Below are positions 23,709 to 33,478 of a stretch of 64,000 nt of DNA, in pieces. The translations under genes and the position numbers were made by a program. This DNA is from Alphaproteobacteria bacterium. GTDB lineage: Bacteria; Pseudomonadota; Alphaproteobacteria; GCA-2731375. The DNA lies in the NCBI GenBank assembly GCA_965232515.1, contig CBDDPY010000002.1:4576001-4640000 (forward strand). Direction: 5' to 3'. The stretch's first letter is position 1. Each line of letters begins with the position of its first letter. The notes under the pieces are model-generated. The model saw only the letters and a program-made list of their open reading frames with translations, was not told the DNA's origin and made no database searches.

Positions 23709-25244
23709 ATGCATCGACGACACTTCCTCGCCGCGTCGGCCGCGCTGGCCGTCCATTCGTCGCTCGAGCCCGGCCTGCTGATCCGGGCCGCGGCGGCTGC
23801 CGCCGGCGACGATTGGGGGCCGGCATTTGCCGCGGCTCGCGCGCAAAAACCCTGGCTGGTCGGCTTTGAGACTCCGTCCGGGGATCGCCTGGAAACGCCT
23901 CGACTCGAAACCGACGGAACCTGGCCGGCCGAACTCGCCGGCGCCTTCTACCGCAACGGTCCGGCGCGGCACGTGGTTGCCGGCCATCGCTACCGGCATT
24001 GGTTCGACGGCGACGGTATGTTGCAGAAGTTCACGATCGCCGACGGCCGCGTCGCGCATCTCGGCCGCTACATCGCCACGTCGAAATACACGTCCGAAGT
24101 CGCCGCCAACCGGCCGCTTGCCCACGGTTTCGGCACCCGCATGCCCGATGTGCCGCCGGCTTCCTCGCCGGACGCGGTCAATCCCGCCAATATCAGCGTG
24201 ATTGCTCATGCCGGCCGGCTGCTGGCCCTGTGGGAGGCCGGCAGCCCGCACGAAATCGATCCGGCGACGCTCGACACGATCGGCCGGCATGCCTGGTCGG
24301 ACGACACGTCGGGGATGCCGTTCACGGCCCATCCCCGTGTCGACCGGGACGGCAGCCTCTGGGGCTTCGGCTATGCGCTGTTCCGCGGCGCGCTGGTGCT
24401 CTACCACATCGGTCCCGACGGCAGGCTGCGCAAGGCCGGCCTGTTGCCGGTGCCGGATCTGGGCATGGTGCACGACTTCGTGGTCACCGCGCGCCACATC
24501 GTCATTCCGATCCCGCCGTTGGCATTCGAGGCGGACCGTGTGGCCGACGGCGCCAGCTTCCTCGACGCCCATGTCTGGAAGCCGGCGCTCGGCACCCGGG
24601 TGCTGCTGGTCGACAAGAACGATTTCAGTCGGTTCGAATGGCGGCAGTTGCCGCCGCAATGGATCTTCCACTACGGCAATGCCTGGGAAGACGCCGACGG
24701 CGCCATCCGCTTCGATGCCTGCCGCTACGACGATCCGGACGTCATGTTCTCGCTGTTGCGCTACGTCATGTGCGGCGAGGTGCGTCCGGCGGCGCCGGCC
24801 TACGCGGTGCAGACGGTGCTGCGTCCCGGCGGGGCGGTCGAACAACAGGTGATCACCGATCAGGCCGGCGCTGAGTTTCCGCGCATCGATCCACGCCGCG
24901 GCGCCGTGCGCTACCGCCAACTCTATTGCGTGCTCGGGCTTGGCCGCAGCGACACCACGCATCCCTTCGCAAACACGATCGCGCGCCACGATCTCGAAAC
25001 CGGCGGCTGGGACGTCCATCGCTATGGGCCCGACGAGATCGTCGAGGAGCATGTCTTCGTACCGCGGCCGGGTTCGGTGGACGAGGGCGACGGTTGGCTG
25101 CTGGGCACCACGCTCGACGCCGGCGCCGGCGTCACCCGGCTGAACCTGCTGGACGCCCGCCGGCTCGGCGACGGACCCGTGGCGCGGGCGCATCTGCCCT
25201 ACCCATTGCCGCTTGGCTTGCATGGTAACTTCGTGGGCGCGTAA
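23709..25244 (+). CDS. Carotenoid cleavage oxygenase (RPE65 family) with Tat signal
   Basis: YRNGP, HWFDGDGM, four Fe-ligand His (FTAHP, MVHDF, IFHYGN, GLHGNF), EFPRID; MHRRHFL N-terminus; AAGGAGG RBS. Confidence 0.92.
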   Translation: MHRRHFLAASAALAVHSSLEPGLLIRAAAAAAGDDWGPAFAAARAQKPWLVGFETPSGDRLETPRLETDGTWPAELAGAFYRNGPARHVVAGHRYRHWFDGDGMLQKFTIADGRVAHLGRYIATSKYTSEVAANRPLAHGFGTRMPDVPPASSPDAVNPANISVIAHAGRLLALWEAGSPHEIDPATLDTIGRHAWSDDTSGMPFTAHPRVDRDGSLWGFGYALFRGALVLYHIGPDGRLRKAGLLPVPDLGMVHDFVVTARHIVIPIPPLAFEADRVADGASFLDAHVWKPALGTRVLLVDKNDFSRFEWRQLPPQWIFHYGNAWEDADGAIRFDACRYDDPDVMFSLLRYVMCGEVRPAAPAYAVQTVLRPGGAVEQQVITDQAGAEFPRIDPRRGAVRYRQLYCVLGLGRSDTTHPFANTIARHDLETGGWDVHRYGPDEIVEEHVFVPRPGSVDEGDGWLLGTTLDAGAGVTRLNLLDARRLGDGPVARAHLPYPLPLGLHGNFVGA

Positions 25245-25286
25245 CGCACTGGAATTTCCGCACTTTGGGCCGATATCCTGTGGGCA

Positions 25287-26288
25287 ATGTCGTCCCAGCG
25301 TCCCTATCACCATACCGCCGACGGCCGGTTCCGGAACCCGCCCGGCAGTCCGTCGCGCACGACGCGCCTGCATAACATGGCCCGCTTCCTCTGGCGGCAG
25401 GCGCGCAACAACGGCGTGGTGCGCGAGTTGCCAGACGGCCATGTCCTGCCGACGGATCAGGCTCTCGCCGGTCTTGCCGCGCTCAATGGCGAAAACGGGG
25501 TCACTTGGCTCGGTCATGCCGCGTTTCTGATCCGTATCGCGGGCAAGACCGTGCTCACCGATCCTTATTTGTCCCCGGTGGCCGGGCCCGGGCGGTTCGG
25601 ACCGCGGCGCTACGTGCCGCCTGGCATTCCCGTCGACCGGCTGCCGCCCATCGACGTGCTGGTGGTCAGCCACAATCACTATGACCATCTGGACGAGGTG
25701 ACGCTGAAGGCGCTGCCGGACAAGGACCGGATCGAGGTGGTGGTGCCGCTCAGGCTCGGCGACTTCTTCCGCCGCCGCGGATTCACGCGGGTGCATGAGC
25801 TCGACTGGTACGACGACATCGCTTTCGACGGTGTGACCGTGACGGCCCTGCCGGCGGTGCACTTCTCACGCCGCGGCGCCTTCGATCTGAACCGCACGCT
25901 CTGGGCCGCCTTCGCCATCGCCTCGGCCGACAATCGCCTGTTTTTCGGCGGCGATACGGCCTATGGCGACGTATTCCGCGAGATCGGCGAGCGGGTCGGT
26001 CCCTTCGACCTCGGCATTATCGGCATCGGCGCCTACCTGCCGCGCGAGATCATGCGGGCGTCGCACGCGACGCCCGAGGAGGCCGTGCAGATCGCCCAGG
26101 ACCTCCGCGCGCATGCCGTGCTCGGCATGCATTGGGGCACTGTCGTCTTGACCGAGGAAGCGCCGTTCGAGCCGCCGGAGCGCCTGCGCCGCGCCGCTGC
26201 CGCGGCCGGCCTCAGCGACGAGCAGGTCTGGCTGCTGGCGATCGGCGAAACCCGCCCCCTGCCCACGGGCTGGCCGTCGAACAGATGA
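25287..26288 (+). CDS. MBL-fold hydrolase (NAPE-PLD/RomA-like)
   Basis: WLGHA, TDP, SHNHYDHLD, FGGDTAY, IGAY, MHWGT. Confidence 0.9.
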   Translation: MSSQRPYHHTADGRFRNPPGSPSRTTRLHNMARFLWRQARNNGVVRELPDGHVLPTDQALAGLAALNGENGVTWLGHAAFLIRIAGKTVLTDPYLSPVAGPGRFGPRRYVPPGIPVDRLPPIDVLVVSHNHYDHLDEVTLKALPDKDRIEVVVPLRLGDFFRRRGFTRVHELDWYDDIAFDGVTVTALPAVHFSRRGAFDLNRTLWAAFAIASADNRLFFGGDTAYGDVFREIGERVGPFDLGIIGIGAYLPREIMRASHATPEEAVQIAQDLRAHAVLGMHWGTVVLTEEAPFEPPERLRRAAAAAGLSDEQVWLLAIGETRPLPTGWPSNR

Positions 26289-26306
26289 GCACAACTTGCG
26301 GGGGGT

Positions 26307-26362
26307 AATTACGGGGACAGTAACCTTAATTCGAACGAATTAAGGTTACTGTCCCCGTAATT
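26307..26362. repeat. Perfect 27-bp inverted repeat (REP/MITE-like palindrome)
   Basis: AATTACGGGGACAGTAACCTTAATTCG-AA-CGAATTAAGGTTACTGTCCCCGTAATT between convergent genes. Confidence 0.9.
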
Positions 26363-28035
26363 CAGACCTTCTTCAGCGCCCAGCGGATCGAGGCGCCGTC
26401 GGCGCCGGCCTCGCCGGTGACGACGATCTGTTGACTGCGGCGCATATGGCCGCGCTCGCCGAGATAGATGCTCTCGTCCACTGACACATGGCCGCCGGCG
26501 CAGCGGAAGCGCCAGCCCTGGCCGCCGCCCAGCTTCAGCAGCACCGCCGCGCCGCCCTGGACCAGCGAGGCCTGGACGTCGGGATGCAGGTGGAAGCGCA
26601 CGGCGAACGGCAGCGCGCCGGCCGCGTCCGCTGCATGGGTCACCGCGACCAGCATGTCCTCGCCGCGCAGGTCCTCGCCCGAAGCGTCGAGGTAGAGCCG
26701 CCGCCGGTGCACCAGGCCGAAGCGGCCGCGATAGCCGTCATGGCTGAGATCGAGCCAGATATTGCCGGCCTCGTCGGCGTTGCGCTCGACCGTGACCACC
26801 TGCGGCCGCCGCCCGGGAATATTGCTGGCCGACAGCTCCGCCGAGCTGGTATCGGCCAGCGTCAGCGTCGAATGGGCCGCCGTCGCCCGCGCCGCGGCCT
26901 GCCATTCGCTGTTGCGGTCGACGCCGCTGCCGCAATTGACGACGATGCGATGTTTGCCGCTGCTCATCTCCAGGCTCAAGGTGCCGGCATGGGCATTGCG
27001 GCCGAGCGGCGCCGGCGGCGGCCCGCCGGTATCGACGATGACGGCGCCGCGCCGCGCGCTCAGGCGCTGATAGCCGCTGTGCGGCGCGTTCATCTGCGGC
27101 TTGCCCTTGGCGTCGGCGCCGGCCAGCACCGCGTCGATGTCTTCGACGGTCTCCTCGAAGCCACCGTTGAACAGCGCCAGCCCGCCGTCGCCATGGCGGA
27201 AGGCGCGCAGCATCGGCGCCATGCGGTCGATGGCGTTCTGCAGCTCGTTCGGCGCCGGCGAATTGCCGGCGTCATAGGCGGCCCGCAGGCCGACCAGCTC
27301 GCGCAGCACGGCCAGATGCTCGGACGGCGACCGGCTGACATAGCCGCCGTCGCCCAGCACCTGCCAGCCGAGCTCGCGCCGCAGCAGGGTTTCGCCGCGG
27401 CCCAGCTTGGCCTCCTCGCCAGGCAGGCAGAGCCCCCCATAGATCAGCCCATAGGCCGCGGCGAGCGTCGGCCGTCCCGGCTCGGCGCCGCTGGCGACGC
27501 GCGCCAGATGCCGGACCTGACGCGCCAGGCTGTTGAGAAAGGCCGAGCGGAAGATCGGATCGTCGCTGCCGAGAACGAAGCCGGCATTGTCGAGCCAGGC
27601 GACGACGCGGCGGGCCAGAACGTCCGGCGACCAGGCCTGCGCGTCCCATTCGCCGCAGAGATCGATCCATGAGCGGATCAGCGCCACCACATGGGCCCGC
27701 GCGGTATCGCCGCCCGACGCCCGGAAATGCCGCAGCCAGCCAAAGGCGTGCAGCTCGGTCATCCACTCGTCGTCGTCCGGCCGCAGCCGCCAGGGCGGCT
27801 GGTTCGGCGCCAGCGCTTCGCGTCCGGCGAAACGATAGCGGCCCTGGAACAATTCGTCGCCGATGGCGACGTCGCCGGGCCAGGGATCCTGGGGCGTCAC
27901 GCGCAGCTTGTCCGGCACCCGGCCGCGCAGGCTCAGACGATAGAGCGAGGTGCCGTAGCCGGCGTCCAGCACGCGCCGGAGCGTCCGGCCGGTCAGGCTT
28001 GGCGACGGCGCGGTGCCGGGCGGTTGCGTGCTCAT
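26362..28035 (-). CDS. Heparinase II/III-like protein
   Basis: LHAFGWLRH, DGGYVSRSP, HGDGGLALFNG, HAGTLSLE, ARATAAHST, SHDGY, RFHLHP. Confidence 0.88.
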   Translation of the reverse strand: MSTQPPGTAPSPSLTGRTLRRVLDAGYGTSLYRLSLRGRVPDKLRVTPQDPWPGDVAIGDELFQGRYRFAGREALAPNQPPWRLRPDDDEWMTELHAFGWLRHFRASGGDTARAHVVALIRSWIDLCGEWDAQAWSPDVLARRVVAWLDNAGFVLGSDDPIFRSAFLNSLARQVRHLARVASGAEPGRPTLAAAYGLIYGGLCLPGEEAKLGRGETLLRRELGWQVLGDGGYVSRSPSEHLAVLRELVGLRAAYDAGNSPAPNELQNAIDRMAPMLRAFRHGDGGLALFNGGFEETVEDIDAVLAGADAKGKPQMNAPHSGYQRLSARRGAVIVDTGGPPPAPLGRNAHAGTLSLEMSSGKHRIVVNCGSGVDRNSEWQAAARATAAHSTLTLADTSSAELSASNIPGRRPQVVTVERNADEAGNIWLDLSHDGYRGRFGLVHRRRLYLDASGEDLRGEDMLVAVTHAADAAGALPFAVRFHLHPDVQASLVQGGAAVLLKLGGGQGWRFRCAGGHVSVDESIYLGERGHMRRSQQIVVTGEAGADGASIRWALKKV

Positions 28036-28042
28036 GCCCCGG

Positions 28043-28708
28043 TCAAGCCGCGCCTCGGATCGCGGCGATGTTCTCGGCGTAGCGGGCGCGGCCGCCTTTG
28101 AACGTGGCGGTGCCGGCGACCAGCACGTCGGCGCCGGCGGCGACCGCCTTCGCCGCGGTCTCGGTGTTGATGCCGCCGTCGACCTCGAGGTCGATGTCGC
28201 GGCCGGTGGCGTCGATACGTTTTCTCAGCGCCGCGATCTTGTCGAGCGCCGAAGCAATGAAGGCCTGGCCGCCGAAGCCGGGATTGACGCTCATCACCAG
28301 CACCAGATCGATGTCGCCCAGCACGTTGTCGACGGCCTCGACCGGCGTGCCGGGGTTCAGCGAGACGCCCGCCTTCTTGCCCAGGCTTTTGATCAACTGA
28401 ATGCTGCGATGCAGGTGCGGGCCGGCCTCGGGATGCACGGTGATGATGTCGGCGCCGGCGGCGGCGAAGTCCGGAATGAAGGGATCTGCCGGCGAAATCA
28501 TCAGGTGCGTGTCGAACGGCAGCGCACTGTGCGCGCGCAACGCCTTCACCACGCCCGGGCCGATGGTGATGTTGGGCACGAAGTGGCCGTCCATGACGTC
28601 GACATGCACATAGTCGGCGCCGGCCTCGGTCACGGCCCGGACCTCCGCGCCCAGATCGGCGAAGTCGGCGGACAGGATCGATGGGGCGATACGAACGGGC
28701 CTCGGCAT
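28043..28708 (-). CDS. rpe: Ribulose-phosphate 3-epimerase
   Basis: [37 protein letters not shown]. Confidence 0.97.
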   Translation of the reverse strand: MPRPVRIAPSILSADFADLGAEVRAVTEAGADYVHVDVMDGHFVPNITIGPGVVKALRAHSALPFDTHLMISPADPFIPDFAAAGADIITVHPEAGPHLHRSIQLIKSLGKKAGVSLNPGTPVEAVDNVLGDIDLVLVMSVNPGFGGQAFIASALDKIAALRKRIDATGRDIDLEVDGGINTETAAKAVAAGADVLVAGTATFKGGRARYAENIAAIRGAA

Positions 28709-28773
28709 GCGGGCTTGGTATCAGCTTGCCTGCGCGCTCGCAAGCGCCGCCGCGGAAGCATTGTTGTGTCGTC

Positions 28774-30102
28774 TCACGTGCCGCCCTCGCGGACCAGCCG
28801 GCAGGCGTAAAAGCCGTCCATGCCGCCCATGTCGGCGAGGTGGCAGGGCAGCGTGCGCAGATCGCCTTCCGCCGTAACCAGCTCCACCAGCCCGCCAACC
28901 TCGGCCGGTGTAACCGGTTGCCGCCGCACGGGCGCGCCGGCGGCCAGCAGGGCCGAGATCCGCGCCGGTCCTTCCTCGGGCTGCAGCGAGCAGACGCAGG
29001 CGACCAGCGTGCCGCCGGGCGCCAGCATGTCGACGGCCGCCGTCAGCAGCCGGCTCTGCGCCGCGGCGAGCCGTTCGGCGTCGTCGGGTGTCTTCAAACG
29101 CCAGACATCGGGATGACGGCGGATCGTGCCGGTGGCGCTGCAGGGCAGGTCGAGCAGGATGTGCGTCGCCGGCCGCTCCGGCCGCCAGGTCGCCACGTCG
29201 GCGCAAACGACCTCGGCCATGTGGCCGATGCGGGCAAGGTTATGTTCCAGGCGCGCCAGCCGCTTGGCGGCGATATCGACGGCCGTGACCTCGGCGCCGG
29301 CGGCGGCGAGCTGCAGCGTCTTGCCGCCCGGCGCGGCGCAAAGATCGAGCACCGCGCGGCCGGCGACGTCGCCCAGCAGGCGTGCCGGCAGCGCCGCCGC
29401 CGCATCCTGCACCCACCACGCGCCCTCGTCGTAACCCGGCAGCGCCGTCACGGCGCCGCCCGCCTGCCGGCGCAGACAACCGGTCGGCAGCGGCGTCGCC
29501 GTCAGCCGCTCGGCCCAATCGGCGGGATCGTCCGCCGTGACGATATCGAGCGGCGGTTCCGCCAGTTGTGCGGCGACGATCGCCCGTGTCGCGTCCTCGC
29601 CATAGGCCTCGGTCCAGCTCTGCCACAGCCAGTCGGGACAGTTGAGGCGCGCCGCGTCCTGCCGCGCCACGATGTCGGCGCCCTCGCGCGCCAGCCGCCG
29701 CAGCACCGCGTTGACCAGCGCCTTGTAATGCGGGAACCGCGTCGCCTGCGCGACGGCCGTATCGACGGCGGCGTGCGCCGGCGTGCCCAGGAACAGAAGC
29801 TGCGCCGCGCCCAGACGAAGAATATCGCGCACCCGCACGGCGCGCCGCGGCAGCGGCTTGTTCAGGCAGCGATCGAGCGCCGCGTCGATCTGGCCCAGCC
29901 GCCGCAGCACAGTCGTCGCCAGCAACCGGGCGAAGGCAACGTCGCGGCCGTCCAGTCCGTCGAGATCGCCGTCCGGCGCCAGCGCCGCCCGCCAGGCATC
30001 GTCCAGCTGCCGCCGCTGTCCCAGCACCGCGACGATCAGGCCGAGCGCCGCGTCGCGCGCCGGCCCGCCCCGCGCCGTCGCGATTTCAGGATCGGTCGCC
30101 AT
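28774..30102 (-). CDS. RsmB/NOL1/NOP2-family RNA m5C methyltransferase with NusB-like N-terminus
   Basis: LVNAVLR, WWVQD, DLCAAPGGKT, DLPCSATG, CSLQPEEG; start at ATG 30102. Confidence 0.9.
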   Translation of the reverse strand: MATDPEIATARGGPARDAALGLIVAVLGQRRQLDDAWRAALAPDGDLDGLDGRDVAFARLLATTVLRRLGQIDAALDRCLNKPLPRRAVRVRDILRLGAAQLLFLGTPAHAAVDTAVAQATRFPHYKALVNAVLRRLAREGADIVARQDAARLNCPDWLWQSWTEAYGEDATRAIVAAQLAEPPLDIVTADDPADWAERLTATPLPTGCLRRQAGGAVTALPGYDEGAWWVQDAAAALPARLLGDVAGRAVLDLCAAPGGKTLQLAAAGAEVTAVDIAAKRLARLEHNLARIGHMAEVVCADVATWRPERPATHILLDLPCSATGTIRRHPDVWRLKTPDDAERLAAAQSRLLTAAVDMLAPGGTLVACVCSLQPEEGPARISALLAAGAPVRRQPVTPAEVGGLVELVTAEGDLRTLPCHLADMGGMDGFYACRLVREGGT

Positions 30103-30135
30103 CACGCAACCGTGAACGAGAATCGGATGCTCGAT

Positions 30136-30161
30136 GCATCGAAAGCCGGCGCCGCCGCGTA
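30136..30161 (+). promoter_or_regulatory. Putative ECF-sigma promoter upstream of the ferritin-like gene
   Basis: GCATC-N17-CGTA; same ATC-N17-CGTA geometry recurs upstream of the sigma gene. Confidence 0.45.
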
Positions 30162-30224
30162 GTTGCTGCCATGCCCGAACCGGATGGCCGGTCGGGCGCA
30201 TTTCTTTGAAGGAGACCAAAGCTC

Positions 30225-30830
30225 GTGTCTATAACGAAAAACGATCCCGCCGCCATTGATAACGGACGGCGCCGTTTTCTTGCCGGTGCCGGCAAGGCGA
30301 CGTTGTCGGCAACCGCCGTCGCCTTGATCGTCGGTTGCGAAAGCATGGCCCGGGGTCAGAAAATGGCGGCTGCCGATACGGCCAACGACGTCGCCATCCT
30401 GAACATCGCGCTCGGGCTCGAGTGGGAGGCGATCGCCGCCTATCAGCTCGGCGCCGAGAGCGGCCTGCTCGACAAGCCGGTGCTCGATGTCGCGGTCCTG
30501 TTCCAGAGCCAGCATAAGGAGCATGCGACGGCTTTGTCCGGCGCCATCACCAAGATGGGCGGCCGGCCGGTCGCGGCGAAATCGAACCGCGAATACGCGA
30601 CGGCGCTCAATGCCGGTTCATTGAAAACCGGTACCGATGTGCTGCGCCTCGCCGCAACGCTCGAGAAGGGCGCGGCGAACGCCTATCTCGGCGTGATTCC
30701 GTCCTTCGAGAGCCCCGATCTGGCGCAGGTGTCGGGCCGGTTGGCGGCCGACGAGACCATGCACTGGACGGTGCTGGCGAACGCCCTCGGCGATCAGCTG
30801 CCGCGCAAGGCGCTCAGTTTCGGCGCCTGA
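30225..30830 (+). CDS. Ferritin-like domain protein with Tat signal
   Basis: RRRFLAGAG; ILNIALGLEWEAIAAY, QHKEH, LEKGAANAY, DETMH helices. Confidence 0.85.
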   Translation: MSITKNDPAAIDNGRRRFLAGAGKATLSATAVALIVGCESMARGQKMAAADTANDVAILNIALGLEWEAIAAYQLGAESGLLDKPVLDVAVLFQSQHKEHATALSGAITKMGGRPVAAKSNREYATALNAGSLKTGTDVLRLAATLEKGAANAYLGVIPSFESPDLAQVSGRLAADETMHWTVLANALGDQLPRKALSFGA

Positions 30831-30839
30831 CGCGCCGGG

Positions 30840-30877
30840 CTCCCGCCGGGCTTCCCCGGTTTCCCGCCCGGCGGGAG
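30840..30877 (+). terminator. GC-rich stem-loop after the ferritin-like gene (terminator or mRNA stabiliser)
   Basis: CTCCCGCCGGGC / GCCCGGCGGGAG 12-bp stem followed by CTTT. Confidence 0.5.
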
Positions 30878-30917
30878 CTTTCGCCTCGATGCAGTTTCAC
30901 CAACGAGAGCACAAGAC

Positions 30918-31292
30918 ATGATCAAACGCGTCATCGCGGCCGTCCTGCTGACCGTCGGCATCGCCGGCACGGCGGGGTACGCCCGCGCCGCCGGCGATCC
31001 GGTGCGTGGCGAGCGGATCTATCAACGCTGCGCCGGTTGCCATTCGCTCGACGCCAACCGGGTCGGCCCGCGCCATCGTGGCGTCTACGGCCGCCGTGCC
31101 GGCAGCGTCGACGACTATGGCTATTCACGGGCGTTGCGAGAGGCAAAGATCGTCTGGGACGACGCCACGCTCGATGCCTGGCTCGCCAATCCCGGCAAGT
31201 TCGTCCCCGGCAGCCGCATGGGCTATCGGCTGAGGCAGGCCATGGACCGGGCCGACATCATTGCCTTTCTGCGGCGGGAGAGCGGCAAATAA
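30918..31292 (+). CDS. Class I cytochrome c (c2-like)
   Basis: Signal peptide; CAGCH heme motif; GP...GRRAGS; PGSRM axial Met. Confidence 0.92.
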   Translation: MIKRVIAAVLLTVGIAGTAGYARAAGDPVRGERIYQRCAGCHSLDANRVGPRHRGVYGRRAGSVDDYGYSRALREAKIVWDDATLDAWLANPGKFVPGSRMGYRLRQAMDRADIIAFLRRESGK

Positions 31293-31324
31293 GCCGTATC
31301 CAGGAAGAATGTCCCTTGCCCATC

Positions 31325-31349
31325 GATCCGAGCGCGTTCGGCCGTCGTA
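31325..31349 (+). promoter_or_regulatory. Putative autoregulatory ECF promoter
   Basis: GATCC-N16-CGTA upstream of the ECF sigma gene. Confidence 0.45.
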
Positions 31350-31383
31350 TGATACGCATGACACGACTTGCCATGGAGTGGCC

Positions 31384-31941
31384 GTGGACGCGCCGAGTTC
31401 CCATGATCCGCTCGCCGAATTGCTGCAGGCGTGCGCCGAGGGCGATGAGCCGGCCTTCGCCGAGCTGTACGCGCTGACGTCGGCCCGTCTGTTCGCCGTC
31501 GCGGTTCGCGTCGCCGGACGGCGCGATTGGGCCGAAGACGTGCTGCAGGACGGTTTCGTCAAGATCTGGCGGCAGGCGGCGCATTATGACGTCGCGCGCG
31601 GTGCGGCCATGACCTGGCTCGCGGCGATCATCCGCAACACCGCGCTCGACCGTTTGCGGCGGCATCGCGGCGAAGTGCTGATGGCCGATCGGCCGGACGG
31701 CGCGCCGTGCCTGGAGCCAAGTCTCGATCCGATGGACGACCTGCTGCGCCGCGACAACGCCAGCGGCCTCTGGCGCTGCCTTGGCGAACTCGAACCGCGT
31801 CAGGCCCGCGCCATTCTCGATGCCTATTGCTACGGTTATACTCACGACGAACTGGCGGCCCGCTTCGACGCGCCTGTCGGCACGGTGAAGAGTTGGCTGC
31901 GACGTGGATTGCTGCGACTGAGGGCCTGTCTCGAGACATGA
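31384..31941 (+). CDS. ECF sigma factor (SigK-like)
   Basis: AEDVLQDGFVKIW, WLAAIIRN.ALD, GYTHDELA...PVGTVKSWLRRGL; GTG start after GGAG. Confidence 0.9.
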   Translation: MDAPSSHDPLAELLQACAEGDEPAFAELYALTSARLFAVAVRVAGRRDWAEDVLQDGFVKIWRQAAHYDVARGAAMTWLAAIIRNTALDRLRRHRGEVLMADRPDGAPCLEPSLDPMDDLLRRDNASGLWRCLGELEPRQARAILDAYCYGYTHDELAARFDAPVGTVKSWLRRGLLRLRACLET

Positions 31942-32483
31942 GCGACGACGACCTCCATGTGATGGCCGGCGAGTATGTGCTGGGCACGCTTGCCGGCGAC
32001 GCCCGGCGCCGGTTCGAAGCGCGCCTCGCCGAGGATGACGCTGTCGCCCGCGCCGTCGCCGCATGGCAGGAACGGCTCTCGCCACTGTCCGATCCGGAGG
32101 TCGAGACACCGCCGCCGCCGGAGGTCTGGACGAAGATCCGGCGCCGTCTTGCCGACGATGGCGCCGAACCGCCGATGCGGACGATCAGGGCCGGCGGCGG
32201 CGCCTGGCAAGCTTACGCCCCCGGCATTGCCAAGAAGCCGCTGCATATCGATCCGGAGGCCGGCATGCAGTCGTTTCTGCTGCGCTTGGATCCGGGCGCG
32301 GTGGCCGACGCGCACGACCATCCGGCGGACGAGGAATGCCTGGTGCTGGAGGGCGAGCTGGTGATCGGCGATCTCGTCCTGCGCGCGGGCGACTACCACC
32401 TAGCGCCGAAAGGCGTGCCGCACAAGGCGTTGGAGGCGCCCACCGGCGCCCTGCTGTTCGTACGCGCCGCGTTGCCGGCCTAA
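31938..32483 (+). CDS. Soluble anti-sigma factor: RskA-like N-terminus plus ChrR-like cupin
   Basis: ATGA overlap with the sigma gene; AGEYVLGTL...WQERLSPL...VWTKI; cupin [17 protein letters not shown]...H. Confidence 0.82.
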   Translation: MSDDDLHVMAGEYVLGTLAGDARRRFEARLAEDDAVARAVAAWQERLSPLSDPEVETPPPPEVWTKIRRRLADDGAEPPMRTIRAGGGAWQAYAPGIAKKPLHIDPEAGMQSFLLRLDPGAVADAHDHPADEECLVLEGELVIGDLVLRAGDYHLAPKGVPHKALEAPTGALLFVRAALPA

Positions 32484-33346
32484 CCCCAGGGGCCGCTGGC
32501 CGCGCCGGCCGGCTGGCCGGCCATCTCGCGCAGGCGGGCGACGCGATTGGCCGTGTTCGGATGGGTCGAGAACAGGCTGTCGACGCTGTGCGCGTGCAGC
32601 GGATTGACGATGAACATATGCGCGGTCGCGGGGTTGTTCTCGGCCGGAATGTTGTCGATCCGCCGCGCGCCCTGCTCCAGCTTCTGCAGCGCGCTCGCCA
32701 GCCACAGCGGCCGGCCGCAGATCTCGGCGCCGATGCGGTCGGCCTCGTATTCGCGCGTCCGGCTGATCGCCATCTGCACCAGGGCGGCGGCCAGCGGCGC
32801 CAGGATCATCAGCGCGATGGTGCCGATCAGGCCCAGCGGATTGTTGCGGTTGCCGCCGAAAAAAATGGCGAAGTTCGCCAGCATGCCGACGGCGCCGGCG
32901 ATCGTCGCCGTGATCGTCATGATCAGCGTGTCGCGGTTCTTGATATGCGCCAGCTCGTGCGCGATCACGCCCGCCAGCTCGTCCGAGGTCAGCATCCGCA
33001 GCAGGCCGCGCGTCACCGCCACCGCCCCGTTCTCCGGGTTGCGGCCCGTGGCGAACGCGTTCGGCTGCTCGGTCTCGATCAGATAGACCTTCGGCATCGG
33101 CAGGCCGGCGTTGCGCGCCAGGCTCTCGACCATGGCGACGAGCTGCGGCGCCGAGCGGGCATCGACCTCGCGCGCGCCGTGCATGCGCAGCGCCATCTTG
33201 TCGGAATTCCAGTAGGCGTAGAGGTTCATGCCGCCGGCGATCAGCAGCGCGATCAGCATGCCGCCCGTGCCGCCCAGCATATAGCCGATGGCCAGGAACA
33301 GGCCGGTCATGGCCGCCATCAACAGGGCCGTCCTGGCATAGTTCAT
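32480..33346 (-). CDS. htpX: Zinc metalloprotease HtpX
   Basis: [39 protein letters not shown]. Confidence 0.95.
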   Translation of the reverse strand: MNYARTALLMAAMTGLFLAIGYMLGGTGGMLIALLIAGGMNLYAYWNSDKMALRMHGAREVDARSAPQLVAMVESLARNAGLPMPKVYLIETEQPNAFATGRNPENGAVAVTRGLLRMLTSDELAGVIAHELAHIKNRDTLIMTITATIAGAVGMLANFAIFFGGNRNNPLGLIGTIALMILAPLAAALVQMAISRTREYEADRIGAEICGRPLWLASALQKLEQGARRIDNIPAENNPATAHMFIVNPLHAHSVDSLFSTHPNTANRVARLREMAGQPAGAASGPWG

Positions 33347-33401
33347 TTTGTGCGCATGGCTCCTCTGCGTCGCGCCGCGCTGGATTTCGGGGCGCTGGCT
33401 G

Positions 33402-33431
33402 ATATGTAATGGGGGCAGGAGAACGATCAAG
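33402..33431 (-). promoter_or_regulatory. Possible RpoH-type promoter of htpX
   Basis: Minus strand CTTGAT-N17-TACATAT resembles the alphaproteobacterial heat-shock consensus. Confidence 0.4.
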
Positions 33432-33478
33432 CAACGCCCGTCGCGGGACCGCGGCGGAAAATCGAAGGACTAATCCGG

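Noticed and set aside
23418-25862. 814-aa antisense ORF, plus similar long shadow ORFs (48356-50500, 46166-48115, 57796-59646, 61392-63272)
   Set aside because: They overlap genes with clear family motifs, have no motifs of their own, and are expected from stop-codon scarcity in high-GC DNA.
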